From Lama glama (lineage: Eukaryota), in the NCBI GenBank assembly GCA_028534125.1, contig CM052817.1:92196001-92260000 (forward strand): a stretch of 64,000 nucleotides of DNA, written 5' to 3'. Both the position numbers and the translations under genes were made by a program. Below are positions 61,788 to 64,000 of this stretch, in pieces (position 1 is the stretch's first letter; the number at the start of each line of letters is the position of its first letter). The notes beneath the pieces are model-generated. The model ran no database searches. It had not been told where the DNA came from and saw only the letters and a list, made by a program, of their open reading frames with translations.

Positions 61788-64000
61788 CTTGTGAGCAAAA
61801 TTCTCTGACTGCGCAAGGCTCCCAGCGATGAAAGCTTTGTTAGCACAGAACTAGAATCATTTCCTACCTGAAGAGAGCTGGAAGGTCAGAGTGGCAGGAT
61901 GATTCCATGTGAGCTCCCTTCCTGCTTCCTGCTCCCCTTTCCTCATCTCGGTCTGCCCTCGGGAGGATGGAGAGGCAAGGCTAGAGCCTGCATGTGCACA
62001 CTCGCAGGCACCTTCCAGGTTTCTTTAGAAAGCGGAGGCACCAGCCGTCAGAGCCTGGCTTCTCCTCCAGGTGCTCCGCAGCACCCGGCCCCAGATCCGA
62101 AAGCACAGCACATGAATAATCAGCACCAGTGAAGGCCAGTCTCATCACTGAATGTTGGCAGAGGCTCAGGACGGCCCTGAAGAGAAAGCCCGGTAGCCAT
62201 GTGGGGTGAGTGGGGTAGGAAGGACCTAATACCTACTGAGCCTGTGGATGGAGGACAGTCTGCACCAGGAGGGTTCTGATGGGAGGTATTTTGGTCTTCC
62301 TTGTGCTGTTTGAGCCAAGCTGAGGCCCTGTAAAGCACTCAGGTTGCTGACTGAAATCGTTACGGCGCAGAAAACTGTCAACAGTGCTGATGGGAATTCT
62401 GCTTTTGCTCCTTAGCATCTGAGTGGCTTTAAGGAAATGGATTAACTTGGTGTTTTCAGACAAAGTAGACTCAGACACAGCGAGTATACAGGCAAGGCAG
62501 CCTTCTCCTGGAATGAGCCGCCACCTCAGGACAGGGAGCTGGCACCTTCTTAATGGCGGTGACATTTTTATCAATGGATCGAGCTTGAGGACCTGGTTGG
62601 CGTCAGCAGCCACTGTCTTACATTAGACGCACCCCCAAAAACTGGGGCCCGAGGAAGGGATGTTTGCCACAATGAGCTATGCTTACCAAAAAGCAGCAAG
62701 GATATCGAGGTCACAGTCCAGGGAAAAGGTGGTCGTCACCCTAGAGTGGGAACTGGGGATGGAAAACGATAAAGAACTAACCTGGGTTTTTCTCGCAACT
62801 TCATAATGGGGGCATATTTGAAGCTGTAGATGAGGAGCATGAATATATCTGATGGGGAACTTCGTCCGTTTTTCACTTCCTTGGTACTTCTCATAAGTTC
62901 TAAAACGGGAAGGTTTTGAATTCTCCTTCCTAGAGCCTTTCAGCTAAAAAATACTCCATCTTCCATTCGTCTCTACAGAATCACGGGGGATGGAGTGTAC
63001 TGAATTTGAAAGTATCTTTCCTCTGATACTTCTTTACCAATGGGCTTCACAAATACCCAGTCCAACCAACTCTTCGCTGCTACATACAACCTCATAACCC
63101 TTTTATTTACCACCGAGGGTCAAGCTTTCCTCAGAGATGGCAACTGTGCCAGGTGTTGGCTCCAAAGAGATTCATGCTAAGGGTCTCCCAGCAACACCTT
63201 TTCCCACTGGAGTGAGGTCAGGTCCTGAGAACTTTCTTCTGGTAGGATCCTTGCCCAATCCTACCTGGCTTAGAAAATCAAATGGGAGCCTGGGTCTCGG
63301 TTGTGAAGTTACAAACAGTTACAGTGGAAAGTTGATATATGCAAAGTCCACATTTCCCCATACACTGTCAACCTGCTGTGGAATTACATAAACACTCTTT
63401 TCCTGAGGATTTATGTTTCTAAAAAAGCCTACTCACCAAAAGCACATGGAACATGCTTTTGATTTCTCAAATAATGGTTTGGATCAGCTGGATTTTTTTT
63501 CAGATTACCAAACTAGAGACAAGGTCATTGCATTTCCTGTCCACAGAAGGGCAAGGGGGTCTCTGTCATTTCATTTTTCTTTCATTCTCTTTCATGCCCT
63601 CCTCACGCCCTCCTTCTTATTAAAGACCTGCTATGGACCAGGGGATATGTTATACACGAAAGGAGAACCTAGTTGACCAAAGGTATTAAAGAGATATGGT
63701 GCTCTGAGAGTCTTGCCTTTAAAGAATTAGAGAAATTGAAGGAATAATCAGGAATCATGGATTTGATTTTTGGCATGGGCACTGAACCAATCAGTGTAAG
63801 ACTGTGTAGAGCTGGTTGCCTATCTAAAGGTTTTCATTTCCCTATTCAGATGAAAAATCCTTCAGTAAAATGCACTAAAAATAAGCCAGATACTATTTCT
63901 AGTCTTGAAGTCATCCTGAATAGCATCTCCAGAATGGATATCATCCTCAATGATAATCAGGTGATTCGCTAAGATTAGAAGGGGAAATAAATCAGCTAAG

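Noticed and set aside
1..64000. About a dozen AP-1 (TGASTCA) sites
   Set aside because: Close to the ~8 expected by chance in 64 kb
1..64000. CRISPR array, operon, tRNA/rRNA/snRNA, or horizontally acquired/viral coding system
   Set aside because: No regularly spaced repeats, gene-dense block, recognisable structural RNA or ERV internal coding region was seen

Overview
Mammalian, almost entirely non-coding genomic DNA. I recognise no protein-coding exon, RNA gene, CRISPR array or prokaryote-type system; the supplied ORFs are chance ORFs or L1 ORF2 remnants. Repeats are MIR, L2, MER3/5/20/81/117, Charlie4a, Tigger2a, ERVL/MaLR/ERV1 solo LTRs and five 5'-truncated cetartiodactyl-type L1 3' ends. 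I saw no Alu, B1, SINEC, ERE, PRE1, Bov-tA or CHR SINEs, which points to a cetartiodactyl, most plausibly a camelid. The left ~25 kb looks like the 5' regulatory region of an unidentified gene, probably on the minus strand. It has a CpG island at ~23.1-23.85 kb (CTCF-like motif, G4 tract, minus-strand donors), TATA-plus-donor modules at ~21.7 kb and ~8.9 kb, and several candidate non-coding exons on both strands. The right ~39 kb is more repeat-rich, with nested insertions and a small CpG-rich patch beside an LTR at ~54.3 kb. Repeat family names come from recalled consensus sequences, and most boundaries are approximate except where TSDs or termini are quoted. I found no convincing novel biological system; the findings are regulatory, splicing and TE-history hypotheses.
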